Part shown: piece by piece, positions 27,900-38,049 of the stretch
How positions within the stretch are numbered: the first letter of the stretch is position 1
How the letters are laid out: each line of letters starts with the position of its first letter
The notes under the pieces: model-generated
The model's input: only the letters and a program-made list of their open reading frames with translations
Database searches by the model: none
What the model was told of the DNA's origin: nothing
Made by a program: the position numbers and the translations under genes
NCBI GenBank assembly: GCA_045401155.1
Contig: CP174360.1
Coordinates: forward strand, 233,403 to 297,402
DNA length: 64,000 nt
Origin: Candidatus Minusculum obligatum
Lineage (GTDB): Bacteria; Patescibacteriota; Minisyncoccia; Phycocordibacterales; Phycocordibacteraceae
Reading direction: 5' to 3'

Positions 27900-28619
27900 A
27901 TGCTTGTTACTCCAGCAATACTTCCAAAAAGCTTTGCAGAATTAAGTGAAAAGATCACGCAAATACGCCCATTTGTAAAAAATGTGCAGCTTGATGTGTG
28001 TGATGGGAAGTATGTAGACACAATGACGTGGCCGTATACAGAAGCCGGTCCTTCTGTTGAGGAAATGAAAAGAAGAGGTGAGGTGTTGCCCGAGGCAGAC
28101 ACGATTCACTATGGTGTTGATCTTATGGTTTCGAACCCAGATGAGGTGATCGGTGATTTTATTGCTCTCGGTGCTACGCGAGTCATCATTCATTTCAAGA
28201 GCACTAAGGATTTTAAAAAAACGATTGATCGCATCACTCGTGACTTTGGATACGATAAAGAATTTGCACCAGATCTTCTTTCCGTTGGTATGGCGGTGCC
28301 AATTGACTTGCCACTTACAGAATTTGCACCGTACGTGCAGCATGTAGATTTCATTCAGTTTATGGGGATTGTAGATATTGGAAGACAGGGACAGGGATTT
28401 GATCCTCGTGTGGTCGCAAAGATAAAAGATTTCCATAAGCGATATCCTGACGTAACAATTCAAGTAGATGGTGGCATCTCGCTTGAAACGGCACCTGCAC
28501 TGTTGGGGGCAGGTGCAGATAGATTAGCTGTGGGTTCTGCACTATTTAAAACACCAAACATAGGTCATACTATAAAAGAGTTTGAGAAGCTCTCAGAGCA
28601 ATATGGTATTTACGAATAA
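27900..28619 (+). CDS. rpe: Ribulose-phosphate 3-epimerase
   Basis: QLDVCDG, DLMV, GRQGQGF, IQVDGGI, AVGSALF. Confidence 0.85.
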   Translation: MLVTPAILPKSFAELSEKITQIRPFVKNVQLDVCDGKYVDTMTWPYTEAGPSVEEMKRRGEVLPEADTIHYGVDLMVSNPDEVIGDFIALGATRVIIHFKSTKDFKKTIDRITRDFGYDKEFAPDLLSVGMAVPIDLPLTEFAPYVQHVDFIQFMGIVDIGRQGQGFDPRVVAKIKDFHKRYPDVTIQVDGGISLETAPALLGAGADRLAVGSALFKTPNIGHTIKEFEKLSEQYGIYE

Positions 28620-29070
28620 CAAAGGGTTTACACTTATTGAATTGCTTGTGGTGGTTGCCATCATCGGCATGCTTTCTTCCGTTGTTTTAAGTTCTTTAAA
28701 TCAGGCACGAGCAAATTCTCGAGATGCTCGACGTACAGGTGATATACATTCTATACGTACTGCACTTGAGCTTTTTTATAATGCTTATAACAGGTATCCA
28801 TCATCTGCAGATGGTAATTGTGTTTATAATAACAGCTTTGCTTCAGGTGGGTGTTTACAAGTGCTTGTTTCAAACGGTTTTATTCAAGCTTTGCCAGAAG
28901 ATCCTGTCGGAACACAAACGTACTACTACGATAATTGGTGTCGAGAGATCGGTTCAAATAATCAGAATTTTCGTGTATGGGCAAATGGAGAAACAGACAA
29001 CAATGGTCTTGCTGAAAATTGGTGGTATGAGGAAACAATTGGTGAGACAACGTGTTATGACCCGAGTTAA
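28603..29070 (+). CDS. Type IV pilin / GspG-like prepilin (paralogue 2)
   Basis: NKG|FTLIELLVVVAIIGMLSS; overlaps the rpe stop codon. Confidence 0.9.
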   Translation: MVFTNNKGFTLIELLVVVAIIGMLSSVVLSSLNQARANSRDARRTGDIHSIRTALELFYNAYNRYPSSADGNCVYNNSFASGGCLQVLVSNGFIQALPEDPVGTQTYYYDNWCREIGSNNQNFRVWANGETDNNGLAENWWYEETIGETTCYDPS

Positions 29071-29174
29071 TCACTCTGAGCACATGCTACAATTTTTCTA
29101 ATGCGTAATAGGAGCATGGGTGCAGATAATAAATTTCTTGTACATAATTTGATGGGTACTCGCTGCTGGTAAAT

Positions 29175-30008
29175 ATGATTTCAGAAAAACAAATACAAAT
29201 TATAAAAGATAGAGCTCAAGATATTCGTGAAAGCATTATTGAGATGCTTGTTGAAGCCAAAAGTGGTCATACTGCAGGGCCACTTGGTATGGCAGATATC
29301 TTTGCTACATTCTATTTTCATATTTTAAAGCATGATCCCAAGAGGCCTGATTGGGAGGAGCGTGATCGTCTTATTCTTTCAAACGGGCACATTGTGCCAG
29401 TTCGCTATGCAACGATGGCGCACGCAGGATATTTCCCAGTAAAGGAGATCATGACGCTTCGTAAATTTGGAAGTCGTCTGCAGGGGCATCCAGAGCCAGA
29501 GCGATTGCCTGGGCTTGAAAGCACCTCAGGACCTCTTGGAAGTGGTCTCTCTCAAGCTTCCGGTATTGCGTATGCAAATAAGATGGATGGGAAGGAGAAT
29601 TATACATACTGCTTCCTTTCAGATGGGGAGCTGCAAGCAGGCAATACATGGGAGGCGGCAATGTTTGCGGGGAACAATAAACTAAATCGTTTGATTTGTG
29701 TTGTAGATCGCAACTTTATTCAAATTAATGGGAATACTCAGGATGTGATGCCGCTTGAGCCACTTGCTGATAAGTTCCGATCGTTTAATTTCCACGTTAT
29801 TGATATAGACGGTCATGATATTGAGGCAATTATTGCTGCGGTTGAAGAGGGGAAAGCTCAAGCGGATAAGCCAACAATGATTTTGGCAAAAACAATTCCA
29901 GGCAAAGGAGTTCCTGAGATTGAGGGAAATTATATTTGGCACGGGAAGCCACCAACTCCTGAGGAAGCAGAGCGATTTCTAGAAGCAATACGCGGATACT
30001 ATGATTAA
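29175..30008 (+). CDS. Transketolase, N-terminal subunit
   Basis: SGHTAG, RDRLILSNGH, LQGHP, SDGELQAG TPP motif, WHGK. Confidence 0.93.
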   Translation: MISEKQIQIIKDRAQDIRESIIEMLVEAKSGHTAGPLGMADIFATFYFHILKHDPKRPDWEERDRLILSNGHIVPVRYATMAHAGYFPVKEIMTLRKFGSRLQGHPEPERLPGLESTSGPLGSGLSQASGIAYANKMDGKENYTYCFLSDGELQAGNTWEAAMFAGNNKLNRLICVVDRNFIQINGNTQDVMPLEPLADKFRSFNFHVIDIDGHDIEAIIAAVEEGKAQADKPTMILAKTIPGKGVPEIEGNYIWHGKPPTPEEAERFLEAIRGYYD

Positions 30009-31002
30009 TAAGAATGCACATATACATGAAGATGTTTTTACTCCTGAGAAGTTAGAGCAGGGTTCTACTCGCGATGGGTATGGAAAGGGTGTTGTAGAGG
30101 CTGGAGAGGAGGATGTAAACATATGTGTGCTTTGTGCAGATCTTATGGAAAGCACGCGCTCACATTGGTTTTATGAAAAGTTTCCTGAGCGATACATAGA
30201 GCTTGGGGTGGCTGAGCAAAACTTAGCAGCTCTTGGTGCGGGACTGGCTCTTGGCGGAAAGGTTCCATTTATTGCCTCATATGCTGCATTTTCTCCAGGG
30301 CGAAATAATGAGCAGATACGCACACTTATTTCATTGCAAGGCACAAATGTAAAAGTGTGCGGTATGCATGCGGGGGTTTCTGTAGGGCCAGATGGCGCAA
30401 CACATCAAGCGCTTGAAGATGTTGCGCTTATGCGTACACAGCCAAACATGACAGTTATTGTTCCTGCAGATGTAGAAGAAGCTCGTAAGGCAACTATTGC
30501 TGCAGCAAAGTATAAGGGGCCAGTGTACCTCCGTTTTGGACGAAGTAAGTTTCCTATCTACACTACAAAAGATACGCCGTTTGAAATTGGGAAAGCATAC
30601 CGTGTTTGGGAGAGTGAGAATCCAAAGGTTGGTATTGTCGCAGCAGGAGGACTGCTTCACAATGCGCTTCTTGCTGCAAAGAAATTAGATGAAGCTGGTA
30701 TTGGAAGTATTGTGCTTAATTTACACACCATAAAACCACTTGATGGAAAGGCACTTCTTGCGCTTTCTGAAGAGGTAGGTGCGATTGTTACTGTTGAGGA
30801 GCATCAAGTTGCCGGAGGGATGGGGTCTGCTGTTGTAGAGTACCTCTCTCAAGTTAAACCGATGCCGTTTGAGTTTGTCGGCGTGCGGGATCAGTATGGT
30901 CAGTCAGGTAATCCTGATGAATTAATAGAGCACTATGGTATGGGCGTATCTCATATCGAGCGTGCGGTTCATAAAGCAATTGATCGTGTTAAGGCTATTT
31001 AA
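30001..31002 (+). CDS. Transketolase, C-terminal subunit
   Basis: GVAEQN, GPDGATHQALED, VTVEEH. Confidence 0.93.
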   Translation: MINKNAHIHEDVFTPEKLEQGSTRDGYGKGVVEAGEEDVNICVLCADLMESTRSHWFYEKFPERYIELGVAEQNLAALGAGLALGGKVPFIASYAAFSPGRNNEQIRTLISLQGTNVKVCGMHAGVSVGPDGATHQALEDVALMRTQPNMTVIVPADVEEARKATIAAAKYKGPVYLRFGRSKFPIYTTKDTPFEIGKAYRVWESENPKVGIVAAGGLLHNALLAAKKLDEAGIGSIVLNLHTIKPLDGKALLALSEEVGAIVTVEEHQVAGGMGSAVVEYLSQVKPMPFEFVGVRDQYGQSGNPDELIEHYGMGVSHIERAVHKAIDRVKAI

Positions 31003-31144
31003 AAACAAGTGGTTCATTATTATTTTATTCTTTGCGTTTGCAATTTTTGCTATTACAGTAATTGCGCAATCAAGTGGAGACCATGACTTTCTTTATCATG
31101 ACGAAGAAGGGGATATATTTGATGTAATAGATACACTTGAGTAA
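30935..31144 (+). CDS. Small hypothetical membrane protein (start uncertain, possibly GTG near 30986)
   Basis: WFIIILFFAFAIFAITVIA TM; fills the gap before the terminator. Confidence 0.4.
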   Translation: MVWAYLISSVRFIKQLIVLRLFKNKWFIIILFFAFAIFAITVIAQSSGDHDFLYHDEEGDIFDVIDTLE

Positions 31145-31174
31145 TAAAAAGCCCTCAGTTGAGGGCTTTTTATT
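31143..31174. terminator. Bidirectional terminator
   Basis: AATAAAAAGCCCTC-AGTT-GAGGGCTTTTTATT between convergent genes. Confidence 0.85.
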
Positions 31175-32162
31175 ATAGTTCTTGTACTTTGTAATCCTCT
31201 GGAGCGTTTTCGAGGTGATCGAGTAGCTTGCCTCGTGTAAGGAGTCCTTTTTGTGCTCCCATGTATTGCACTACAGACATTGAGTTAATTGGCCCCCAAA
31301 GAAGCGCGTGTTCAAGTGGTTCACCAAGTGCTAGCGCTGCGGTTACGGTTGAAGAGAAAGCGTCTCCCGCGCCGGTTCTATCTACAGGTTTTTTGGGATC
31401 TGGGTACATTGGCGCAAAGAGAAACCTGTTTCCATCATAGCTATATGCGCCATTTGGGCCGTCGGTGATGATTGGCACCTTTGGTCCTTTCTTCTTCATC
31501 ATCTTAAGAAGTTCTTTGATGTCAAGTTCGTCAGTTTTTAGAATTCGTTGCGCCTCTTGTTTGTTACAGAAGAATAGATATGAGGCTTGGTATAGATCTT
31601 TTAGTTCTTCATACCCCTGGTTTATCTGGAATGTGCCCGGTTGGAATGCAAGACGGATATCAGGGTGCCTTTTTACATAGTCTGCAATTTCATGTTGAAA
31701 AGGAAGAGAGTTCTCAGCAAGGCTTGAAAGGTACATGTACTTAGGAGGTGCCATTTGAGGAAGTTTGTAATCATATTCGTAGTGTTTTACGAGAATAGTT
31801 CGCTCTGCGTTATAGCTAAGTACGTAGTGGTAGTTACTTCCCATACCTGCCTGGCGTGTAAGGTATGTAAGATCAATACCTTCTTTTGTAAACGCATCTT
31901 CAATCTCATCTCCAAACTTATCGTCTCCAATCCAGGCCATAATGCCACTATTAAGTCCTAGGCGATGTGCAGATACGGTTGCATTTGCAGCGTTTCCTAC
32001 GGCAGGCACTACCGTCACGCCATCAAAAGGGATTTTATCTCCCCAGTTCATTGAAATCTTGCAATTATCTTTATCTATATCGCAGGTAATTTCAGGGTTG
32101 TGTAATTGGATAAAGGCATCAATTACGGGGTCTCCAATTCCTAAGAAGTCTAGTTTTTTCAT
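31173..32162 (-). CDS. PfkB/ribokinase-family carbohydrate kinase
   Basis: VGNAANA, FCNKQEA, DRTGAGDAFSS. Confidence 0.9.
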   Translation of the reverse strand: MKKLDFLGIGDPVIDAFIQLHNPEITCDIDKDNCKISMNWGDKIPFDGVTVVPAVGNAANATVSAHRLGLNSGIMAWIGDDKFGDEIEDAFTKEGIDLTYLTRQAGMGSNYHYVLSYNAERTILVKHYEYDYKLPQMAPPKYMYLSSLAENSLPFQHEIADYVKRHPDIRLAFQPGTFQINQGYEELKDLYQASYLFFCNKQEAQRILKTDELDIKELLKMMKKKGPKVPIITDGPNGAYSYDGNRFLFAPMYPDPKKPVDRTGAGDAFSSTVTAALALGEPLEHALLWGPINSMSVVQYMGAQKGLLTRGKLLDHLENAPEDYKVQEL

Positions 32163-32205
32163 ATGTCCGTATTGTAACAGGAGAGTGGTGTACACTTACG
32201 CATAT

Positions 32206-32772
32206 ATGAAAGTTTTTCTTGTAGATAATGGCACAACACTTCTTGAGAAGTTACAGAAACTTATTCCAGGAGAGGAAGAGGTGGTTTGTTTTGACTCGTT
32301 TGATAGTGCTGCCGCACAAGATGCTGATCTTGTAGTGCTCTCAGGTAGTAGTATCGGACCTTTGTATGGAAATGAAGATAAGTACAAAGAAGAGATCGAG
32401 TTTATAAAAAACACAGACAAGCCCATTTTTGGTATTTGTTTTGGATGTGAACTCATCGTGCACGCATTTGGTGGTACGCTAAAAAAACTAGATGAACATG
32501 AGCATGGAGAAGTGTTGGTTTCTGTCGTAGATAATAAAGAACTTTTTTGTGGCAAGGATTCTTTTACAGCATTTGAGAATCATAGATGGGGTATAGATGT
32601 TTTGCCTGAAGGATTTAGCACTCTTGCAGAGTCTGAGCATGGTCCAGAAGTGATTGTAGACAGAAAAAGGAATATGTATGGAATTCAGTACCATCCAGAG
32701 AATCAAGTAGAAGAACATGAGGCAGATGAAGTGTTCTTACACATGTTTGAGAGTGTTGTGCGTGGAATCTAA
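32206..32772 (+). CDS. Class I glutamine amidotransferase
   Basis: LSGS, PIFGICFG nucleophile elbow, GIQYHPE. Confidence 0.85.
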   Translation: MKVFLVDNGTTLLEKLQKLIPGEEEVVCFDSFDSAAAQDADLVVLSGSSIGPLYGNEDKYKEEIEFIKNTDKPIFGICFGCELIVHAFGGTLKKLDEHEHGEVLVSVVDNKELFCGKDSFTAFENHRWGIDVLPEGFSTLAESEHGPEVIVDRKRNMYGIQYHPENQVEEHEADEVFLHMFESVVRGI

Positions 32773-32808
32773 AATTGTACGGTTAGAGTGCGTGCTAGAG
32801 TAGAGGTA

Positions 32809-33831
32809 ATGAAAAATCTAAAAGATGTTGCCGCAGCACTTGTTGCGCCCGGAAAGGGTATTTTGGCTGCAGATGAAAGTACAAAATCTGCAAATAAAAG
32901 ATTGCGTAGCGTTGGTATTGCAGAGACACCAGAGATGCGTCGTGTGTATCGAGAGGTGTTTCTAACTGCTCCGCAAGTAGAAAAGTATCTTTCGGGAGTA
33001 ATTTTATATGAAGAAACGTTTAATGATCATACTCGATCAGGTGTTTCTTTCATTGATCTTTTAAATCAAAAAGGAATTTTGGTTGGTATTAAGGTAGACC
33101 AAGGAACAGCTCCATTTGGAAAGGACGAGCTTACAACAGATGGGCTAGAAGGTCTTCCTGGAAGACTAAAGGGATATAAAGAAAAGGGCGCGCATTTTGC
33201 AAAGTGGCGTGCAGTAATTGAGATTAAAGGGGATGAGCTTCCAACTGCTGCAGCCCTTAAAGAAAACGCAGGACGTCTTGCACAGTATGCAAAAGATTGT
33301 CAGGAAGCAGGTATTGTTCCAATTCTTGAACCAGAAGTTTTACTTCAAGGAAATCATACTCGAGCACGAGCGTGTGAAGTAATAACAGAGACACTGCAGG
33401 CTGTATTTAAGGAGGTTGTGGCGCTTGGCGTTGACCCTGAGGCTCTCATTATCAAATCATCTATGGCAGTTTCTGGTTCTGAATCTCATTGTAAAGACCG
33501 ACCACATGATGTGGCAGAAGATACACTTGCTGCTTTTCACGACTCTGTTCCAGAAGAGGTGCCCGGAATCGTATTTCTTTCAGGTGGACAGTCTGCTGCT
33601 CAGGCCACAGAAAATTTACAAGCAATAGCATCTAGAAAAGAAACAATGTGGCAGCTTACATTTTCATACGCTAGAGCCCTTCAGGGAGAAGCGCTTCAGG
33701 CTTGGGCAGGAAAAGATGAGAATATTCCACGTGCTCAGCAAATCTTCTTAAAGAGATTAGAGCTTGTGGCGCTTGCAAGAGATGGGCGATACAAGGAGGA
33801 AATGGAGGACGAACTATCTGAAATTTTGTAA
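32809..33831 (+). CDS. Fructose-bisphosphate aldolase class I
   Basis: GKGILAADES, FAKWRAV, VPILEPEV, FLSGGQS, TFSYARALQ. Confidence 0.95.
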   Translation: MKNLKDVAAALVAPGKGILAADESTKSANKRLRSVGIAETPEMRRVYREVFLTAPQVEKYLSGVILYEETFNDHTRSGVSFIDLLNQKGILVGIKVDQGTAPFGKDELTTDGLEGLPGRLKGYKEKGAHFAKWRAVIEIKGDELPTAAALKENAGRLAQYAKDCQEAGIVPILEPEVLLQGNHTRARACEVITETLQAVFKEVVALGVDPEALIIKSSMAVSGSESHCKDRPHDVAEDTLAAFHDSVPEEVPGIVFLSGGQSAAQATENLQAIASRKETMWQLTFSYARALQGEALQAWAGKDENIPRAQQIFLKRLELVALARDGRYKEEMEDELSEIL

Positions 33832-33833
33832 GT

Positions 33834-34796
33834 ATGGGAATCGTATACGTTACAAGGCATATACCAGAAGTTGGTATTGATCTGTTAAAAGATGCGGGGC
33901 ATGAAGTTATCGTCTCAAAAAAAGACGGGGTTCTTGAAAAAGGTGAGTTATTAAAAGAACTTTCTTCTCGACCGTTTGATGCGGTGCTTTGTCTGCTTAC
34001 AGACGCAATTGATGCAGAGGTTTTTGACACGGTTCCTTCTGCAAAGGTTTTTTCTAATTATGCGGTTGGTTTCAATAATATAGATATAGATGAGGCAAAG
34101 AAGCGGGGTATTACGGTTACAAATACTCCAGGAGTGTTAAGTGATACTGTCGCTGAATACACATTTTCTCTTATGCTTTCACTACTACATCGTATTCCTG
34201 AGGGAGATCGTTTTGTGCGTAGAGGCAAATATGAAGGGTGGGCACCAGAGCTTTTACTAGGGGATGATATTAAAGGGAAGGTAATTGGTATCTTGGGCGC
34301 AGGTCGTATTGGCTCTTCTGTTGCAAAGTGCGCAGCATGTTTTGGGGCCTCAGTTATATATAACGATGTAGTAAGGAATAATGCTTTTGAAAAGGAAACA
34401 GGTGCAGTGTTTAAGGATATAGATGATGTGTTTAAAGAGGCAGATATTGTGTCTGTACATGTGCCGCTCCTAGATAGTACGCACCACTTTGTCTCAAAAG
34501 AAAGGTTAGAGATGATGAAGAAAGATGCGTATCTTATAAATACATCACGGGGAGCTGTTGTTGATGAGCGCGCACTTATTGATCACCTTAGAGCAAAAAA
34601 GATTAAAGGTGCGGCTATAGATGTGTTTGAGTATGAGCCTAAACTTACGCCCGGAGCAGTTGAGTTAGATAATCTTATTGTTACGCCACATATTGCTTCT
34701 GCAACACATAAGGTTCGGGAAGAAATGGCAATCCTTGCAGCAGAAAATGTTATCAACTTCTTAAAGGGAAAGGTTCCCAAACATGTAGTATCGTAA
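33834..34796 (+). CDS. D-2-hydroxyacid dehydrogenase (glyoxylate/hydroxypyruvate reductase-like)
   Basis: AVGFNNID, GILGAGRIG, INTSRGAVVDE, DVFEYEP, TPHIASAT. Confidence 0.92.
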   Translation: MGIVYVTRHIPEVGIDLLKDAGHEVIVSKKDGVLEKGELLKELSSRPFDAVLCLLTDAIDAEVFDTVPSAKVFSNYAVGFNNIDIDEAKKRGITVTNTPGVLSDTVAEYTFSLMLSLLHRIPEGDRFVRRGKYEGWAPELLLGDDIKGKVIGILGAGRIGSSVAKCAACFGASVIYNDVVRNNAFEKETGAVFKDIDDVFKEADIVSVHVPLLDSTHHFVSKERLEMMKKDAYLINTSRGAVVDERALIDHLRAKKIKGAAIDVFEYEPKLTPGAVELDNLIVTPHIASATHKVREEMAILAAENVINFLKGKVPKHVVS

Positions 34797-34802
34797 AAGT
34801 AT

Positions 34803-35030
34803 ATGAACAACGTTCAATTTGATGATCAGCAACAGTTTCGTACTGTGCAAAAGAAAAAGGGCTTGACCCAAATGGTTATTAATATGGGGCTCGCAAAGGA
34901 TGAGAAGGGTGCGCAGGTAGTGCTTCTTATTGTGGGGGTGGTTGCGCTTGCAGTCATGTTCTTCTTTATGTTTTCAGGAGGAGGCGCACCTGCTCCAGCT
35001 GAGCTTCCAGATCCAAATGTAGGTCTATAG
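34803..35030 (+). CDS. Small single-TM protein, pilin-linked (copy A)
   Basis: KKKGLTQMVINMGLAKDEKGAQ followed by a TM; paralogue at 60129. Confidence 0.75.
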   Translation: MNNVQFDDQQQFRTVQKKKGLTQMVINMGLAKDEKGAQVVLLIVGVVALAVMFFFMFSGGGAPAPAELPDPNVGL

Positions 35031-35033
35031 ATT

Positions 35034-35534
35034 GTGAGAAAAGGATTTACACTTATTGAACTTCTTGTAGTAGTAGCCATTATTGGCATGCTTTCTTCAG
35101 TGGTACTGTCGTCACTTAATACTGCACGCGCAAATACCCGTGACGCAAGACGCTATGCTGATCTACGCCAAATAGCAAACGCCCTTGAGTTGTATTATCA
35201 AGCAAATGGTCGCTATCCGATACAGACAACGTGGAGAGGGACAACTCCCGGATGTTATGGGACAGGAAGTGATCCAAATACGTCTATTCCAGGTCTTGTA
35301 CCAACATATATACCAGTCATACCACAAGATCCTCGGTGGGTGCCAAACTCGTATTGCTATCTGTATGTTTCGTATGCTCCTTACCAAGACTATAAACTGC
35401 TTGCGTACGGCACAGTTGAGGGTGGTCAGGTACCGGTAAGTGACCCTAAGTCACGGTATGCGGGGTGCTCATCTGGTGGCGCCGCCGAAGCATCCTACGG
35501 GATTGCGTCAAGCCCAACATCAGCCTGTTGGTAG
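35034..35534 (+). CDS. Type IV pilin / GspG-like prepilin (paralogue 3)
   Basis: RKG|FTLIELLVVVAIIGMLSS; IPQDP. Confidence 0.9.
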   Translation: MRKGFTLIELLVVVAIIGMLSSVVLSSLNTARANTRDARRYADLRQIANALELYYQANGRYPIQTTWRGTTPGCYGTGSDPNTSIPGLVPTYIPVIPQDPRWVPNSYCYLYVSYAPYQDYKLLAYGTVEGGQVPVSDPKSRYAGCSSGGAAEASYGIASSPTSACW

Positions 35535-35732
35535 CTTTTCATCACTACTCATCAATAGGTACTAAAGCTCTTTGTTATGCTAAAGGCGTATATGATTGTT
35601 GATTGTGCAATTTCAGGAAATGCTGGCAAGGTTTGTTTTTAACGAGTTTAGTCATGATATGTGTTGAAATAACGGCATGCGCCTACGCATAGGCTTGCAA
35701 AACATCAATTTATCGCTATACTCCTTCCTATT

Positions 35733-36371
35733 ATGATCAAACTAGAAGCAAGTCCTCGAGAGGCGGGGAAGAATGTGGTTAAAACTCTTCGAGAAGAAGA
35801 GCGTATTCCTGCTGTGGTATATGGGGCAAAGGTAGAGGCTGCACCTATTTCTGTAGGGCGCGCAGACCTTGAGAAGATCCTCCGAGAAGAGGGAGAGACA
35901 GTACTTATTACTCTTACTGGGCTAGGAGAGGATCACGAGGTGCTTATGCACGATATCGAGGTAGATCCTGTAAAGGGATTTGTGTCGCATATTGATTTTT
36001 ATGCAGTAGAGCGAGGAAAAGAAATTGAGGTTACCGTACCGTTTGAGTTTATTGGAGAGAGTGCTGCTGAGAAGGGTGGTGCAAATATTGTTAAGACAAT
36101 GCACGAGCTTGATGTAAAGACTACTCCAGGAAAGATTCCTTCACACATTGAGGTGGATCTTGCAAAGCTTGCTGCAGTTGGAGATCAGATTCTTATTAAA
36201 GACATTACGTTCCCAGAGGGTGTAGCGCCTGTTGCTGAGGAAGATGAGGTGGTTATCTTGGCGCAGGAGCATGTTGAGGAGGCTGAAGAGGAGACAACAG
36301 CAGTTGATATGGACAGTATCGAAGTTGCTCAAAAAGGTAAGGAAGAGCAAGAAGGAGGAGAAGAAGAGTAA
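35733..36371 (+). CDS. rplY: 50S ribosomal protein L25 (Ctc-type, long form)
   Basis: IPAVVYG, HIDFY, acidic tail; upstream TTGCAA-N16-TATACT. Confidence 0.93.
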   Translation: MIKLEASPREAGKNVVKTLREEERIPAVVYGAKVEAAPISVGRADLEKILREEGETVLITLTGLGEDHEVLMHDIEVDPVKGFVSHIDFYAVERGKEIEVTVPFEFIGESAAEKGGANIVKTMHELDVKTTPGKIPSHIEVDLAKLAAVGDQILIKDITFPEGVAPVAEEDEVVILAQEHVEEAEEETTAVDMDSIEVAQKGKEEQEGGEEE

Positions 36372-36373
36372 GG

Positions 36374-36401
36374 AAAAGCCCGGGACAGCACCCGGGCTTT
36401 T
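36374..36401 (+). terminator. Intrinsic terminator
   Basis: AAAAGCCCGGG-ACAGCA-CCCGGGCTTTT. Confidence 0.8.
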
Positions 36402-36418
36402 GCTATACTAGGCACTGC

Positions 36419-37792
36419 ATGATACGTGCTCTTATATTTTCATTTTTGTTTTTATTGCCAGGCATCGCATTTGCTGATGTTGTAGCAGAGCGTAGAGCGC
36501 AGCTTGAGGCTGAGCTTAGAGATCTTGAAGTGCAGATTGCAGCGCAGCAAGAGCTTTTGAATGATAAGGCGCGAGAGCGAACAACGCTTGAGCGAGATGT
36601 GGCGATTCTAGACGCACAGATTAAGAAGGCAGAGCTTCAGATTCGTGCACGTACTGTCGCAATCCAGCAGTTAAATAATGGTATTGCACAAAAACAAGAA
36701 ACTATTGGAGAGCTTGGGGAGAAGCTTGTGCGGGAAAAGAATTCTCTTGCGCAAATTTTACGCAAAACAAGCCGTATTGATGATATTTCATTAGTTGAAA
36801 TTGTATTAAGTCAGGAAACACTCTCAGACTTCTTTGGAGATTTAGATAACTTCTCAGATATTAAGGTTGCACTCTCTGCTTCTTTTGATGAAATTGCATA
36901 CACAAGTGCTCAAACTGAGGAAGAAAAAGTGGTGCTTACAGATCGTAGAGCTGAGGAGCTTGAGCTTAAGCAGCTTCAAGAGCTTGAACGACAGAAGATC
37001 GCAGGATTTAAGGCAGAGAAGGATGAAATTCTAAAGATTACAAAAGGAGAAGAGGCGGCATACCAGGCGCTTGTGAATACAAGTAAAAAGACTGCAGCAG
37101 AGATTCGCTCAGAGTTATTTGCGCTGCGAGATTCTGCAGCCATTCCATTTGGAGAGGCGCTTGCGCTTGCGGAGAAGGCGGGTGCTGCAGTTGGAGTACG
37201 TCCCGCAGTTATTCTTGGAGTGCTGAAACAGGAGACTCGGCTTGGAGAGTTTTTAGGTACTGGTAGTTGGTTAACTGACGCACACCCAACAAGAGATCGT
37301 CCTGTGTTTGCATACATTATGGCTGAGCTTGGGCTTGACCCAGATCAGATGCCGGTTTCTAAGGCACCAAGTTATGGTTGGGGAGGAGCTATGGGGCCAT
37401 CTCAGTTTATTCCTTCTACATGGGTGTGTTATGGAGGATTTATTAATGTAAATACAGGGGATTGTAATAATGCCAAGCGTTCAATGAGTTGGGATAACTT
37501 CTGGCAAGGACCATGGGAGTATCGAGCAAATAAAGACCGTATTCGGAATGCGCTTGGTTCAGGTCGTGTTTCAAATCCTTACAATAACCAGGATGCTTTT
37601 ACCGCTACCGGTATGCTTATGGCAGATAATGGGGCAGATGCGGGCACATGGGCGTCTGAGCGACTTGCCGCACTCCGGTACTTTGCGGGATGGGGAAATG
37701 CAAATAAGCCACAGTATGCCTTTTATGGAGATTCTGTGATGGAGCATGCTGATTTCTTCCAGGAGCAGATTGATATCTTGTATGGAAACTAA
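36419..37792 (+). CDS. Secreted coiled-coil protein with lytic transglycosylase domain (PcsB/MltB-like)
   Basis: Signal peptide, long coiled coil, LKQETRLG catalytic Glu motif, GGAMGPSQFIPSTW. Confidence 0.8.
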   Translation: MIRALIFSFLFLLPGIAFADVVAERRAQLEAELRDLEVQIAAQQELLNDKARERTTLERDVAILDAQIKKAELQIRARTVAIQQLNNGIAQKQETIGELGEKLVREKNSLAQILRKTSRIDDISLVEIVLSQETLSDFFGDLDNFSDIKVALSASFDEIAYTSAQTEEEKVVLTDRRAEELELKQLQELERQKIAGFKAEKDEILKITKGEEAAYQALVNTSKKTAAEIRSELFALRDSAAIPFGEALALAEKAGAAVGVRPAVILGVLKQETRLGEFLGTGSWLTDAHPTRDRPVFAYIMAELGLDPDQMPVSKAPSYGWGGAMGPSQFIPSTWVCYGGFINVNTGDCNNAKRSMSWDNFWQGPWEYRANKDRIRNALGSGRVSNPYNNQDAFTATGMLMADNGADAGTWASERLAALRYFAGWGNANKPQYAFYGDSVMEHADFFQEQIDILYGN

Positions 37793-37836
37793 AGGTGGTG
37801 TAGTATGTATTATATAATCATATTATATTTTAATAT

Positions 37837-38049
37837 ATGGCAACAATTTCAGTACCATTAAGTAGTGAGCTTGAAGCGCGTCTAGATGCGCTTATTGCAG
37901 ATGGGGCAGGCTCAAACCGTGCAGATGTCATGCGTCGAGCTCTTGAGCAGTTTGCAGAAGATGAGGCTGTTCGAAAAGTTCTAGAATCAGAGCAAGAAGT
38001 AAAAGAAGGAAAAATTATTCGAGGCGACATTGATGCGCTTCTTGCATGA
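37837..38049 (+). CDS. Antitoxin, ribbon-helix-helix (CopG/ParD-like)
   Basis: TISVPLS...SNRADVMRRAL; overlaps the downstream toxin. Confidence 0.75.
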   Translation: MATISVPLSSELEARLDALIADGAGSNRADVMRRALEQFAEDEAVRKVLESEQEVKEGKIIRGDIDALLA

